64,000 nucleotides of DNA from Candidatus Omnitrophota bacterium (GCA_026387235.1 JAPLMD010000042.1:3185-67184), one strand, 5' to 3'. Positions 37,088 through 45,413 are shown, numbered from the stretch's first letter. The notes: generated from the letters alone by a model not told the origin. Translations and numbers: made by a program.

Positions 37088-38104
37088 CTACTTGTTTTGT
37101 GCAACAAAATTTGATCCCGAGGCCGCCTCGCCATCAAAGGTGGCGGGTGAGACGAGGGGCGATTTTTTATATAAAAACTCTCCGAACATTTTGCTGTGTT
37201 TTGTCCATGACGAATCAAGGTCATTGTATGTCTTTACAAAATGCCGGAATCCGTTTATCTTTGCGTCCAGGTTATCTATGTGATGCAGGATGATCGCCTC
37301 GAAGCACATGGGCCTTTTAGGCGAACCCCATTCATGTTCTCCGTGATGGCTGAGTATTATATGCAGAATAAGATTTTTCAATTCTTCCGGAAAATCCTGG
37401 ATCTTATCAATTGCCGCGCTTACGATATTTACGCCCAGGACTATGTGGCCTATCAGCCTGCCTCTATCCGTATAATAAAAACTTCTTTTATACGCAAGTT
37501 CTTCTATCTTCCCTATGTCGTGGAGAGCTGTGCCGCATAAAAGAAGGTCGATATTTATATTCTCGTATTTTAAAGATATCGTTCTTGCAAGTTGAACGCA
37601 CGCGAGCGTATGCTCAACAAGCCCGCCTATGTACGGATGATGAAAATCACTGGCAGCAGGCGCTGTTTTGAATTTTTCAGATATGCCTTTATCGGAGAAC
37701 ACGTTATGTATTAAGACCTTAAGATAGGGATTTTTGATTGATTCCATTTCAGATAAAAAATCTTTAAACATCTGATTTCTGTTTTTATCTGAAACCGGTA
37801 CATACAGCGAAAGATCTACGGATTCCTCGTTTATCTTTTCTATGGATTCCAGTTTTAATTGCGGATAGTTTTTGTAGAATTCTACCTTGCCCCTTATTTT
37901 TATAAAATCATCTACGATAAAAGAATCAAATAAAGACTTTAAGGCGTCCCATTTCCTGCAATCCACCATGCCTGTCCTGTCGGAAAGTTCGAGCGATATG
38001 TATGGATTACCGTTCTTGGTGATGTCGAAGGATTTTTCTCTTACAAGATAAACCGACTCTACTATCTCTCCTTCTTTCAAATCGCTTATAAACCTGTGAG
38101 CCAT
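37088..38104 (-). CDS. yhaM: 3'-5' exoribonuclease YhaM-like (OB-fold + HD domain).
   Basis: N-terminal OB fold (DLKEGEIVESVYLVREK...GNPYISLELSDRTG). HD domain (HPYIGGLVEHTL...ALHDIGK...HHGEHEWGSP). The C-terminal ~24 aa are encoded by repeat copy D2. Confidence 0.75.
   Translation of the reverse strand: MAHRFISDLKEGEIVESVYLVREKSFDITKNGNPYISLELSDRTGMVDCRKWDALKSLFDSFIVDDFIKIRGKVEFYKNYPQLKLESIEKINEESVDLSLYVPVSDKNRNQMFKDFLSEMESIKNPYLKVLIHNVFSDKGISEKFKTAPAASDFHHPYIGGLVEHTLACVQLARTISLKYENINIDLLLCGTALHDIGKIEELAYKRSFYYTDRGRLIGHIVLGVNIVSAAIDKIQDFPEELKNLILHIILSHHGEHEWGSPKRPMCFEAIILHHIDNLDAKINGFRHFVKTYNDLDSSWTKHSKMFGEFLYKKSPLVSPATFDGEAASGSNFVAQNK
37092..37161 (-). repeat. Structured leader repeat, copy D2 (tandem to D1). 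It overlaps the last ~24 codons and the stop of yhaM.
   Basis: TTGTTTTGTGCAACAAAATTT + GATCCCGAG..GACGAGGGGCG. The yhaM reading frame runs through it (…SPLVSPATFDGEAASGSNFVAQNK*). Confidence 0.65.
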
Positions 38105-38156
38105 GTCTGAATTATATACCTAACATAATTTGTTTTCAACAAAAAATATAATTAAC

Positions 38157-38172
38157 GCTGGCCATGGCCAGC
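38157..38172. terminator. Perfect 16-bp palindrome GCTGGCCATGGCCAGC followed (minus sense) by a U-rich tract. Candidate terminator of the LOG-family gene.
   Basis: Read from the sequence. The minus-strand downstream run is GTTAATTATATTTTTTGTTG. Confidence 0.35.
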
Positions 38173-38183
38173 TAGCTATATTC

Positions 38184-38831
38184 TTATTTTTGATTAGAAT
38201 AGAAATCCTTTATAACTTGCACTGCTTCAGACGGTTCATCTACGATAGAAAATATATCCAGATCTTCTTCTGATATGTATCTTCCCTTGAGCATAGATTT
38301 TTTGACCCAATCTATCAGGCCTCTCCAATATACGCCTCCCATCAGCACAACAGGAAATTTGTCTATCCTTTGAGTCTGAATAAGTGTTATGGTTTCAAAA
38401 AATTCATCCATTGTTCCAAATCCGCCTGGAAATATCACTGATGCTTTTGCGTATTTTAAAAACATTACTTTCCTGCAGAAAAAATACCTGAATTCCACAA
38501 GTTTTGTTATAAAACTGTTCGGCTTCTGCGCCACAGGCACCTGTATGTTAAGGCCTATAGAGGCAACGCCTGCTTTTTTAGCGCCTTTATTAGCCGCCTC
38601 CATTATGCCCGGGCCTGCGCCCGTAATTATCGCATAACCGTCTTTGGCCAGCAAGAACGCGCTCTCTTCTGCTAATTTATAATATTTATCGCTTGGTTTT
38701 GTCCTGGCTGAGCCGAATATGGTAACAGCAGGGCCTATCTTGGCAAGTTCCTCAAAACCTTCCACAAACTCAGCCATAATCCTGAATATGCGCCACGGGT
38801 CCTGCGTGGTAAAATCATCTCTTCTAAGCAT
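38184..38831 (-). CDS. LOG-family (TIGR00730) cytokinin riboside 5'-monophosphate phosphoribohydrolase-like protein.
   Basis: VTIFGSAR; GYAIITGAGPGIMEAANKGA; PGGFGTMDEFFE (the PGGxGTxxE motif). Confidence 0.8.
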   Translation of the reverse strand: MLRRDDFTTQDPWRIFRIMAEFVEGFEELAKIGPAVTIFGSARTKPSDKYYKLAEESAFLLAKDGYAIITGAGPGIMEAANKGAKKAGVASIGLNIQVPVAQKPNSFITKLVEFRYFFCRKVMFLKYAKASVIFPGGFGTMDEFFETITLIQTQRIDKFPVVLMGGVYWRGLIDWVKKSMLKGRYISEEDLDIFSIVDEPSEAVQVIKDFYSNQK

Positions 38832-38839
38832 AAATCCTC

Positions 38840-39625
38840 CTATTCTATCCCTTTATTCATGTAATCGCTAAAATCAACTTCGCCTGCAAGTTCCTGCTTG
38901 ACCATGCGTATGCGGTCTGCGACATATGGATGAGAGCGGTAACTGGTATATGGCCTTATGGGCTCAGTTTTATCCGCTTCCTGAAGCTTTTTAAGAAGGC
39001 TCACGACTGCCCACGGGTCATAACCTGCTTCTTTTAAGTATTTTATTGCCAGTTTATCAGCCAGCGCCTCGTCTTCTCTTGAATAAGACATGATCAACTG
39101 GCCGAATGCGGCGTCAATACGGCCTGCGTCCGGCCTCCCTGCTCCCGTAACAGCCATTAATATCTGGAGTATATTATAACCTACTCCTCCCTGGAGCCTC
39201 TTTATTGAATGCTTCGCTACCACGTGCGCTATTTCATGGGCAATGACTGCGGCAAGCTCATCGTCTTTGGAAACCTTGTCCACAAGGCCTTTGAAGACAA
39301 ACACGTATCCTCCCGGCAAAGCAAACGCATTCACGTCATCCTTATCTATAACCCTGAACGTATAGCTCACCTCTTTTCTGCCGCTGATAGATGCGATCCT
39401 TTGGCCGACCTCATTGACGCGCTCTGTCATCAGCGGATCAGGATCCAGTTTTATCTCTTTGCTTTTTTCAATGCTCTCGGCAATACTTTTCCCCATATTC
39501 ACTTCTTTCTGGGTATCTACAAAAATAATGTCTTCTTTGCCGGTAGCGGTATTATATTCCTGCGTAGCGCAGCCTGACACGGCGCTCATTATAAATAATA
39601 TAAAAATAATGGCTACGTTCTTCAT
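38840..39625 (-). CDS. M48-family zinc metalloprotease, lipoprotein.
   Basis: Lipobox (AVSGC). HEIAHV zinc-binding HExxH, and a downstream E (EDEALAD) consistent with the M48/BepA-like family. Confidence 0.8.
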   Translation of the reverse strand: MKNVAIIFILFIMSAVSGCATQEYNTATGKEDIIFVDTQKEVNMGKSIAESIEKSKEIKLDPDPLMTERVNEVGQRIASISGRKEVSYTFRVIDKDDVNAFALPGGYVFVFKGLVDKVSKDDELAAVIAHEIAHVVAKHSIKRLQGGVGYNILQILMAVTGAGRPDAGRIDAAFGQLIMSYSREDEALADKLAIKYLKEAGYDPWAVVSLLKKLQEADKTEPIRPYTSYRSHPYVADRIRMVKQELAGEVDFSDYMNKGIE

Positions 39626-39693
39626 ATAGAATAAGTTTATGCTAAAAACATGTCCTCGTCAAATATATTTTATCGGAAGCGCCTTATTTAATA

Positions 39694-40065
39694 TTACATT
39701 ATTTCTACGGAAACTTCTGCAAGGCCTTTTTCCAGGTCAGCTATTTTGGAAAAAGCTGTTTTTGTAAGGTCTATCGCGCGGTTTAATCTCTTGGCAGGGC
39801 CTCTATCGTTTACCCGGACAATAACAGACTTGTCATTTTCCATATTTGTTACCTTTAATATAGTGTTAAACGGCAGGTCCCACATAGCGCACGTAAGCTG
39901 GGAATCATTAAATGTTTCCATATTGGCTGTTGTTAGAAGAATTCCCGGGTCTTTCTGGGAATACCAGGACGCCTTGCCTTTAATGACAATGGAACTGGTT
40001 CCTGCCTCCTTTAAAGAAAAAACCACAGCTATAAGAACTATCAACATAACTGCGGCTTTCTTCAT
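39694..40065 (-). CDS. rlpA: RlpA-like (DPBB_1 double-psi beta-barrel) septal lytic transglycosylase family protein.
   Basis: Signal peptide, then GKASWYS..........A....TCAM..LPFNT.LKVTN..N.KSVIVRVNDRGP. Confidence 0.75.
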   Translation of the reverse strand: MKKAAVMLIVLIAVVFSLKEAGTSSIVIKGKASWYSQKDPGILLTTANMETFNDSQLTCAMWDLPFNTILKVTNMENDKSVIVRVNDRGPAKRLNRAIDLTKTAFSKIADLEKGLAEVSVEIM

Positions 40066-40081
40066 CTTGAGACCCTCGAAT

Positions 40082-40118
40082 AAAAAAACCTATCCGGCCC
40101 TTGGCAGAATAGGTTTTT
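40082..40118. terminator. Bidirectional intrinsic terminator (AAAAAAACCTATccggcccttggcagaATAGGTTTTT).
   Basis: A 7-bp stem flanked by an A-run and a T-run, so it gives hairpin+U-tract on both strands. Confidence 0.5.
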
Positions 40119-40316
40119 AAATTTCGGTAATCCAGCCACCTTAATCCCGCGCTCGCAGAATCTTAGGCCTGTGACTTTGCGCCCCGCTCTTTCGAGCGGT
40201 TTGCCTTTGTCGTAATACTATTCAGTTGTCTCTAGTTATAAGTATGCCTCATTTTTTGGAAAAAACAAGGGCTGGCGCGAAGCGAACGCAGTGAGCTTCG
40301 CGCTAAAACATATTTA

Positions 40317-41609
40317 CTATAATAATTCTGCGGCTAAGGACGCAAGACCAGAGCGCTCGTTCTTGGTAAGAGTTACATGGCCGAACATCTCCTGGCCTTT
40401 CATGCGCTCAACTGCGTAGCTGAGGCCGTTAGAGGATGAATCAAGATACGGACTGTCTATCTGGTAAGGGTCCCCCGTGAGAACCATCTTTGTATTGCTT
40501 CCTGCGCGGCTTACGACTGTTTTTATTTCATGAGGCGTGAGATTCTGTGCCTCGTCTATGATTATAAATTGATTGGGGATACTTCTCCCTCTCATGTAAG
40601 TAAGCGCTTCTAATTGCAGAAGATCGCAGTCGATCAAGCCCTCAACGTGTTCTTTTCTTTTTCTTATGGTAAGGATATATTCCAGATTATCATAAATAGG
40701 CTGCATCCAGTTTACGAGCTTCTCTTCTTTTGTGCCCGGCAGATAGCCTATATCTTTTCCCATCGGTATAACAGGCCTTGAAACAAGCATCCTTTTGTAG
40801 CCATGCTCATCCACTGTCTTTTTCAATCCTGCCGCGAGCGCGAGAAGGGTTTTTCCTGTGCCTGCCACTCCTACGAGCGTCACAAGCTTTATACTGTCGT
40901 CCAGAAGAAGATCTAAGGCAATTGCCTGTTCTTTATTTCTCGGTTTTATGCCCCACACATCCCCAAGGTCTGATTTTAAAAGCACTATGCCTTTTTGTTT
41001 AGCGTCATATCTTCCGAGAGCCGTATGTTTACCCGCGGATTTATCCTTCAATAATATATACTGATTCGGGAACAACCCGTTTTCCTTCAGGGCGAAAAAC
41101 TTTTTTTCATAAAAATTATCTATCTCTTTCGAGCTGAATTCTATTTCTTTCCAGCCGTTATACAGGCTGTCTATGTCCACTTTTTGCTTTTCAAAATCAA
41201 CCGCATTTACACCTAATGCATCTGCTTTTACTCTGGCGTTTATATCCTTGGAAACAAAAATCACATGATTGCCTTTCTGCTGAAGATCATACGCCACCAT
41301 CAAAATTTTATTGTCTCTTTCGTGCGGCGAAACATTCAGGATGCCTTTTGAATCCACGTGCATAACAATACGCAAAATTCCGCCGTTCTCAAGAGGAACG
41401 CCTTCGCCTAATTTGCCATGTTCTCTCAGGTCATCCAGCATTCTTATCGCTGCCCTGGCATTGCGGCCCTTTTCATCGCTGTCTTTTTTGAATATGTCCA
41501 ACTCTTCAATGACGTCGATAGGAAGGACAACTTCGTTATCCGCAAATACGTTCAATGCCTCAGCGTTATGAAGAATCACATTTGTATCAAGTACGAATAT
41601 TTTTCTCAT
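40317..41609 (-). CDS. PIN-domain + PhoH-like ATPase (YlaK-type).
   Basis: N-terminal PIN (IFVLDTNVILHNAEAL...PIDVIEELD). C-terminal PhoH-like P-loop ATPase (GVAGTGKTLLALAAGL; DEAQN). 430 aa. Confidence 0.85.
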   Translation of the reverse strand: MRKIFVLDTNVILHNAEALNVFADNEVVLPIDVIEELDIFKKDSDEKGRNARAAIRMLDDLREHGKLGEGVPLENGGILRIVMHVDSKGILNVSPHERDNKILMVAYDLQQKGNHVIFVSKDINARVKADALGVNAVDFEKQKVDIDSLYNGWKEIEFSSKEIDNFYEKKFFALKENGLFPNQYILLKDKSAGKHTALGRYDAKQKGIVLLKSDLGDVWGIKPRNKEQAIALDLLLDDSIKLVTLVGVAGTGKTLLALAAGLKKTVDEHGYKRMLVSRPVIPMGKDIGYLPGTKEEKLVNWMQPIYDNLEYILTIRKRKEHVEGLIDCDLLQLEALTYMRGRSIPNQFIIIDEAQNLTPHEIKTVVSRAGSNTKMVLTGDPYQIDSPYLDSSSNGLSYAVERMKGQEMFGHVTLTKNERSGLASLAAELL

Positions 41610-41657
41610 GGCTTATATTATACATAATTATAACTTAATGTAAACATCTTTTGTCCA

Positions 41658-41711
41658 CCCTCTGTCCACCTGCCAGGTGAGCCATCTGGCTCACCTGGCA
41701 GGTGGACAGAG
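41658..41711. repeat. REP-type palindrome (CCTCTGTCCACCTGCCAGGTGAGCCA..TGGCTCACCTGGCAGGTGGACAGAGG), the 3'-flanking copy of the RAYT.
   Basis: ~26-bp arms; near-identical copies at 42370 and 45614. Confidence 0.8.
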
Positions 41712-41718
41712 GCTTACG

Positions 41719-42351
41719 TTATTCTAGTATCATATCCTTTATTTTTGCCAATTCTCTTTGATAAGAAATTCTGTCTTCTACAAATTTTTTATACTCCTCT
41801 GGCTTTATATCTAATACATTGTCATATTCACAAATGCCCTCTTTATTACCGGAAATATATTCCCGATAAGAGGACCATTTCCAGTCTTCCGGGTTATTAA
41901 CTATATACGCTGTAGCAGGATTTAAATGAATGTATCTTGTCAAATGGAGCAACTGCGCATCGCTTTCTACCAGCACTTTTTTAAAACTACTCTCCCATAA
42001 TGGCCCTTTGCGATTATGCTTTATATTAAAATATCGCGAATAACTATTAAGCACGTTGCTCATAAAAACTGAAATTCCTTTGTCCTTTAATTGCTTAAGC
42101 ACTAAATGTATATGGGTCGGCATAATGCAATAACAAATAATCTGCACAAGTCTTTTAACGTCAAGTTGTTTAACCTGCATATTCCTTTCTTTGAACCTTG
42201 AAAACCGGACAAAAGGCCTTTCGATTCTATAATATTCAATGACTTCGCGCATCCTTGAATATTCAAAATCATTATTAAATATTACATATTCTGCGATACT
42301 TTTACTATAAACATGATAGATTTCGTCTGTAACTATGCGCTGACTATCCAT
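41719..42351 (-). CDS. tnpA: IS200/IS605-family Y1 (HuH) transposase of the REP-associated type (RAYT/TnpA-REP).
   Basis: HuH motif MPTHIHLV and catalytic Tyr region (TRYIHLNP). 210 aa from MDSQRIV (ATG 42351, SD AGGAGGGG). Flanked on both sides by the same long palindrome. The track ORF's N-terminal extension is just the palindrome translated. Confidence 0.8.
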   Translation of the reverse strand: MDSQRIVTDEIYHVYSKSIAEYVIFNNDFEYSRMREVIEYYRIERPFVRFSRFKERNMQVKQLDVKRLVQIICYCIMPTHIHLVLKQLKDKGISVFMSNVLNSYSRYFNIKHNRKGPLWESSFKKVLVESDAQLLHLTRYIHLNPATAYIVNNPEDWKWSSYREYISGNKEGICEYDNVLDIKPEEYKKFVEDRISYQRELAKIKDMILE

Positions 42352-42369
42352 TTTACCCCTCCTATAGCT

Positions 42370-42415
42370 TATACCTTTGGTCCACCTGCCAGGTGAGCCA
42401 GCTGGCTCACCTGGC
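42370..42415. repeat. REP-type palindrome (perfect 46-bp palindrome GGTCCACCTGCCAGGTGAGCCAGCTGGCTCACCTGGCAGGTGGACC), 5'-flanking the RAYT.
   Basis: Perfect dyad symmetry; same sequence family as 41658 and 45614. Confidence 0.8.
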
Positions 42416-42593
42416 AGGTGGACCAGGGTTCTCATTATATAAGACACATTTGGAGGGGATTTTCTTTCAAAAAAATTTAGATTTTTTCAGCAGACTAGAA
42501 GATATGTAAAAGGCGGTGAGTTTGTTTGCAAATAAAAATCCCCTGGAGGATTACTCCCCCAGGGGATTTAAACTGCTGAACTAATGTTTTAGG

Positions 42594-43946
42594 TTAGAAA
42601 GCAACCTTTACATTAGCTACGACTGTGGATGCTCGGTCGTTGTTGTCTGTTAAGAATGTTTTGCCTGGCATAAAGAAACCTGCTGTCAAACCAAGCTTCA
42701 CATCTTCTGTGTAGTCATAACCTAATGAAAAATCTACTTCTTGCCCTAAATTTTTATTACCCCTTATTTGTAGACCATCTCTTGTAGTTGTAACAGTGGT
42801 GTCCCATTTCTGCGCTAACATAAAATAGTAATAATCAAGCGCAACTGTCAGGTCCTGCACAGGAACAGCTGACGCCATTACATTGATTATGCTAGAGTTT
42901 GAATCCACGCCATCGTTATTGCCGTCAAAAATCTGATTTGCAACAATACCGTGCGTCTGGTCTTCAAACGAAGTATCCCATGCTTTATAAGTTACACCAG
43001 CCGCTGCATCTGTATCAACAGCTTGACCAGGAGGTGTTTTCTGGCCGGAACGATAGACATATCTTGCTGCAACTTTTGGCGACCACTTGTAATCAATCGC
43101 GTATGCTGCGCCTAAATCAGCTGCCCAAGCAGATCTGTCAATGCTCACGCCACCAAGCCTATAATCGCCTCTCTGTACTGCAAGCTCTCCATCTACTACT
43201 AACTTGGAGATTGGCTCTAAACTGCCTCTTACGCCATATGTATAAATTTTATCTGATTCCACGTTAGCTGCTCTGGTATTCTTTGCGAACATATAAGCTT
43301 CTGCTTCTGAATTATACTTGTCAAACTTATATGCTGCATTGATACCATATAGATCTGTATCATCGTCGTTTTTCGATGATCCGACAGTGCCTGCAGTAAT
43401 CTTTGCCATTACAATATCCAACACTAAAGGATTGTAGTCAAAAGTTGCCCTTACTGCGTCAAAAGCTTTTCTTACAGAAAAGTCTTCTGCTGCGATTGAA
43501 GTACCTATTGATCGATCATTTGAATCCGGATCTCCAACTACTAATCCATTGCCGAATCTTAAATTCTGCCTTCCAATGGTCAGTGTTAAAGGAGCATAAA
43601 ACATCTCCTTCATCTTTACAGATGCGAGATCTAAGGCAATGTTTGTATTGCCGCTTCCATCAGCAACAGCTTCTTGATTCCAATCTCTTTCATTGAGTAA
43701 TCTTACACAAGTAGACACATTATCAGTCAGGTCTGCGTCAATCTGAACTCTTGCGGTTGACATGAACCATGTGTCTGAATCAGCATTAGTGCCGCTTGTG
43801 TAATTATTGAAATCGTAGTCATTTCTGGTAATCATTTTTGAATCAATATCACCGCTGACCTTTACGTTCTGCACTTCTGCGAACGCGGGGACAGCAATGA
43901 GAGCTACTATTGCTAGTATACTCATTAGTTTTAAGAATCTACTCAT
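42594..43946 (-). CDS. Putative major outer-membrane porin (beta-barrel, C-terminal Phe).
   Basis: Signal peptide ending AFA. Long alternating hydrophilic/hydrophobic strands rich in Y, G, D, N, T. Terminal ...VKVAF. Strong SD (GGAGGAAAAG). Codon usage looks like a highly expressed gene. Confidence 0.55.
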   Translation of the reverse strand: MSRFLKLMSILAIVALIAVPAFAEVQNVKVSGDIDSKMITRNDYDFNNYTSGTNADSDTWFMSTARVQIDADLTDNVSTCVRLLNERDWNQEAVADGSGNTNIALDLASVKMKEMFYAPLTLTIGRQNLRFGNGLVVGDPDSNDRSIGTSIAAEDFSVRKAFDAVRATFDYNPLVLDIVMAKITAGTVGSSKNDDDTDLYGINAAYKFDKYNSEAEAYMFAKNTRAANVESDKIYTYGVRGSLEPISKLVVDGELAVQRGDYRLGGVSIDRSAWAADLGAAYAIDYKWSPKVAARYVYRSGQKTPPGQAVDTDAAAGVTYKAWDTSFEDQTHGIVANQIFDGNNDGVDSNSSIINVMASAVPVQDLTVALDYYYFMLAQKWDTTVTTTRDGLQIRGNKNLGQEVDFSLGYDYTEDVKLGLTAGFFMPGKTFLTDNNDRASTVVANVKVAF

Positions 43947-44137
43947 TTACTTTTCCTCCTTGGTTGACTTTATTATATCTAGGCTATTACCTAAAATTGT
44001 TTTTCTCTCTATGATATATCGCTATATTATTTTGGCTGCTTCTGCTTAAAAGTTTCACCTCCCTCCCTTGCATAGATTAAAGCTGCCTATAGCGGTATAC
44101 GCTTCTTGTAAACGATTTCTTTACTTTATTGCCAAAA

Positions 44138-44166
44138 AGTATACCTCATATATATATAATTGTCAA
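44138..44166 (-). promoter_or_regulatory. Near-consensus sigma-70 promoter (TTGACA-N17-TATACT) ~185 nt upstream of the porin start, implying a long 5' UTR.
   Basis: Minus-strand reading is TTGACAattatatatatatgaggTATACT. The hexamers match consensus 6/6 and 5/6 with a 17-nt spacer. Confidence 0.4.
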
Positions 44167-44190
44167 GAACTTTGTGCTTTTATCCCTATT

Positions 44191-44655
44191 TTACTTGGTT
44201 TCCGTTTTCTGCGCTTTTATAGGCCTGGACCTAGGAGAAAGAGATATTATAACAGTGCTCTTTCCGCCCTGCGGTTGTACTGTAACTATACAGCTTTCAT
44301 CCGAATTCTCGTAGTTTAAAACCTTTCTATCGTATTCTATGATATTCACCAGGTCCCAATTAAATGAAGCCATCTGCTCCTTATAAAACGCCACTACCTG
44401 GTCTGCTGTCTGGCCGCCGTAATACTTTAATAAGGCTACTCTCGATTTATCATTCTGGAACGCAAAAGACTCTTTGTCTAAACTTTTAAAACCCGCGGGA
44501 ACAGGTATATCTTCAAATTTAAGAATAGGGGCCACTGAAAGAGTTACTTTATTTTTTTCTGCATTGCCCGATGATTCGTTTTGAGGAAATGTAGCGCAGC
44601 CGGCCAATAAAACCAGAGACAAAACACAAAGAATAAGAAACTTAAATATATACAT
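44191..44655 (-). CDS. Lipoprotein, hypothetical.
   Basis: Lipobox LLAGC after a hydrophobic signal peptide. 154 aa. Preceded by leader repeat copy E. Confidence 0.45.
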   Translation of the reverse strand: MYIFKFLILCVLSLVLLAGCATFPQNESSGNAEKNKVTLSVAPILKFEDIPVPAGFKSLDKESFAFQNDKSRVALLKYYGGQTADQVVAFYKEQMASFNWDLVNIIEYDRKVLNYENSDESCIVTVQPQGGKSTVIISLSPRSRPIKAQKTETK

Positions 44656-44667
44656 ATATCCTCCTTA

Positions 44668-44728
44668 AATTTTGTGAAACAAAATTTAATCCCGAGCAGC
44701 CCTTATTCTTCACTGAGTCGCGAGGGGC
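44668..44728 (-). repeat. Structured leader repeat, copy E (AAATTTTGTGAAACAAAATTT + AATCCCGAG..GTCGCGAGGGGC).
   Basis: Abuts the SD (GGAGG at 44660-44664) and ATG 44655 of the lipoprotein gene. It fills most of the PHP-lipoprotein intergenic gap. Confidence 0.7.
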
Positions 44729-44765
44729 TTTTTTATAATAAGGTTACTACATCTATCCTTTAATG

Positions 44766-45413
44766 TCAAGTAAGTCGTGCTACTAATTCTTCCGAATTTT
44801 TAAAAACCTGCGCAATTTCCTTTTTATCAAGTCCTGCGCCAAAAAGAACCTCTTCCGCAAAATCCTTTGTAATCAGATTTTCAGGCGCGTGGGAATCTGT
44901 ACTTATAACAAGTTTCGCTCCCGCGAGTCTCGCCATCTTCGCAACGTGACCGTTACTAAGCGAATGGCCTTTACGAGTCGTGATTTCAAGATAGATATTT
45001 CTACTTGCCGCGAGCTTCGCGTCTTCCAGCGTTATAAGCCCCGGATGAGCCAGGATGCTTATGTCCGCAAGAAGCGCTTCCTTATTTGTGCCTTTAATAA
45101 CAGGCTCGACTATTGTTTCGCCGTGGCCGAGAATCAGCTTTATGCCTTTTGAACGGACAAATTTTGCAGTGCTTTTTATCAGCTCAATAGGCATATGCGT
45201 AATCTCAACTCCGGGAATCGCTTTTATCTTCCAGTTTTTATTTATGTCATTACACGCGTTTATGATCCTGGGTATGACAAAGTCTATGTTGGAAGAATCC
45301 ACGTGGTCGGTCATGCCTATAACTTTATAGCCTTTTTCCTGCGCCCGCCTAGCTAATTCAGTGGGCAATAACTCTCCATCGCTTAATAATGTGTGGGTAT
45401 GCAGGTCGATCAT
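44766..45413 (-). CDS. PHP-domain metal-dependent phosphoesterase.
   Basis: MIDLHTHTLLSDGEL.P.EL..RA.E.GY.V...TDH; further His/Asp motif positions. 215 aa. Confidence 0.75.
   Translation of the reverse strand: MIDLHTHTLLSDGELLPTELARRAQEKGYKVIGMTDHVDSSNIDFVIPRIINACNDINKNWKIKAIPGVEITHMPIELIKSTAKFVRSKGIKLILGHGETIVEPVIKGTNKEALLADISILAHPGLITLEDAKLAASRNIYLEITTRKGHSLSNGHVAKMARLAGAKLVISTDSHAPENLITKDFAEEVLFGAGLDKKEIAQVFKNSEELVARLT

Noticed and set aside
40120-40316. Another full copy of the leader element (TAATCCCGCGCTCGC ... GCGCCCCGCTC) in the rlpA-phoH gap
   Set aside because: The motif order and orientation do not match the family architecture. I retain only the observation that this region holds a bidirectional terminator plus GC palindromes (40270-40298).
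44668-44728. The leader elements as simple intrinsic terminators of the upstream genes
   Set aside because: The GC hairpin is followed by AAAUUUUGU and not by an immediate U-tract, and the AT segment is itself a perfect hairpin fused to the SD. Termination is therefore not the simplest reading, although partial attenuation cannot be excluded.
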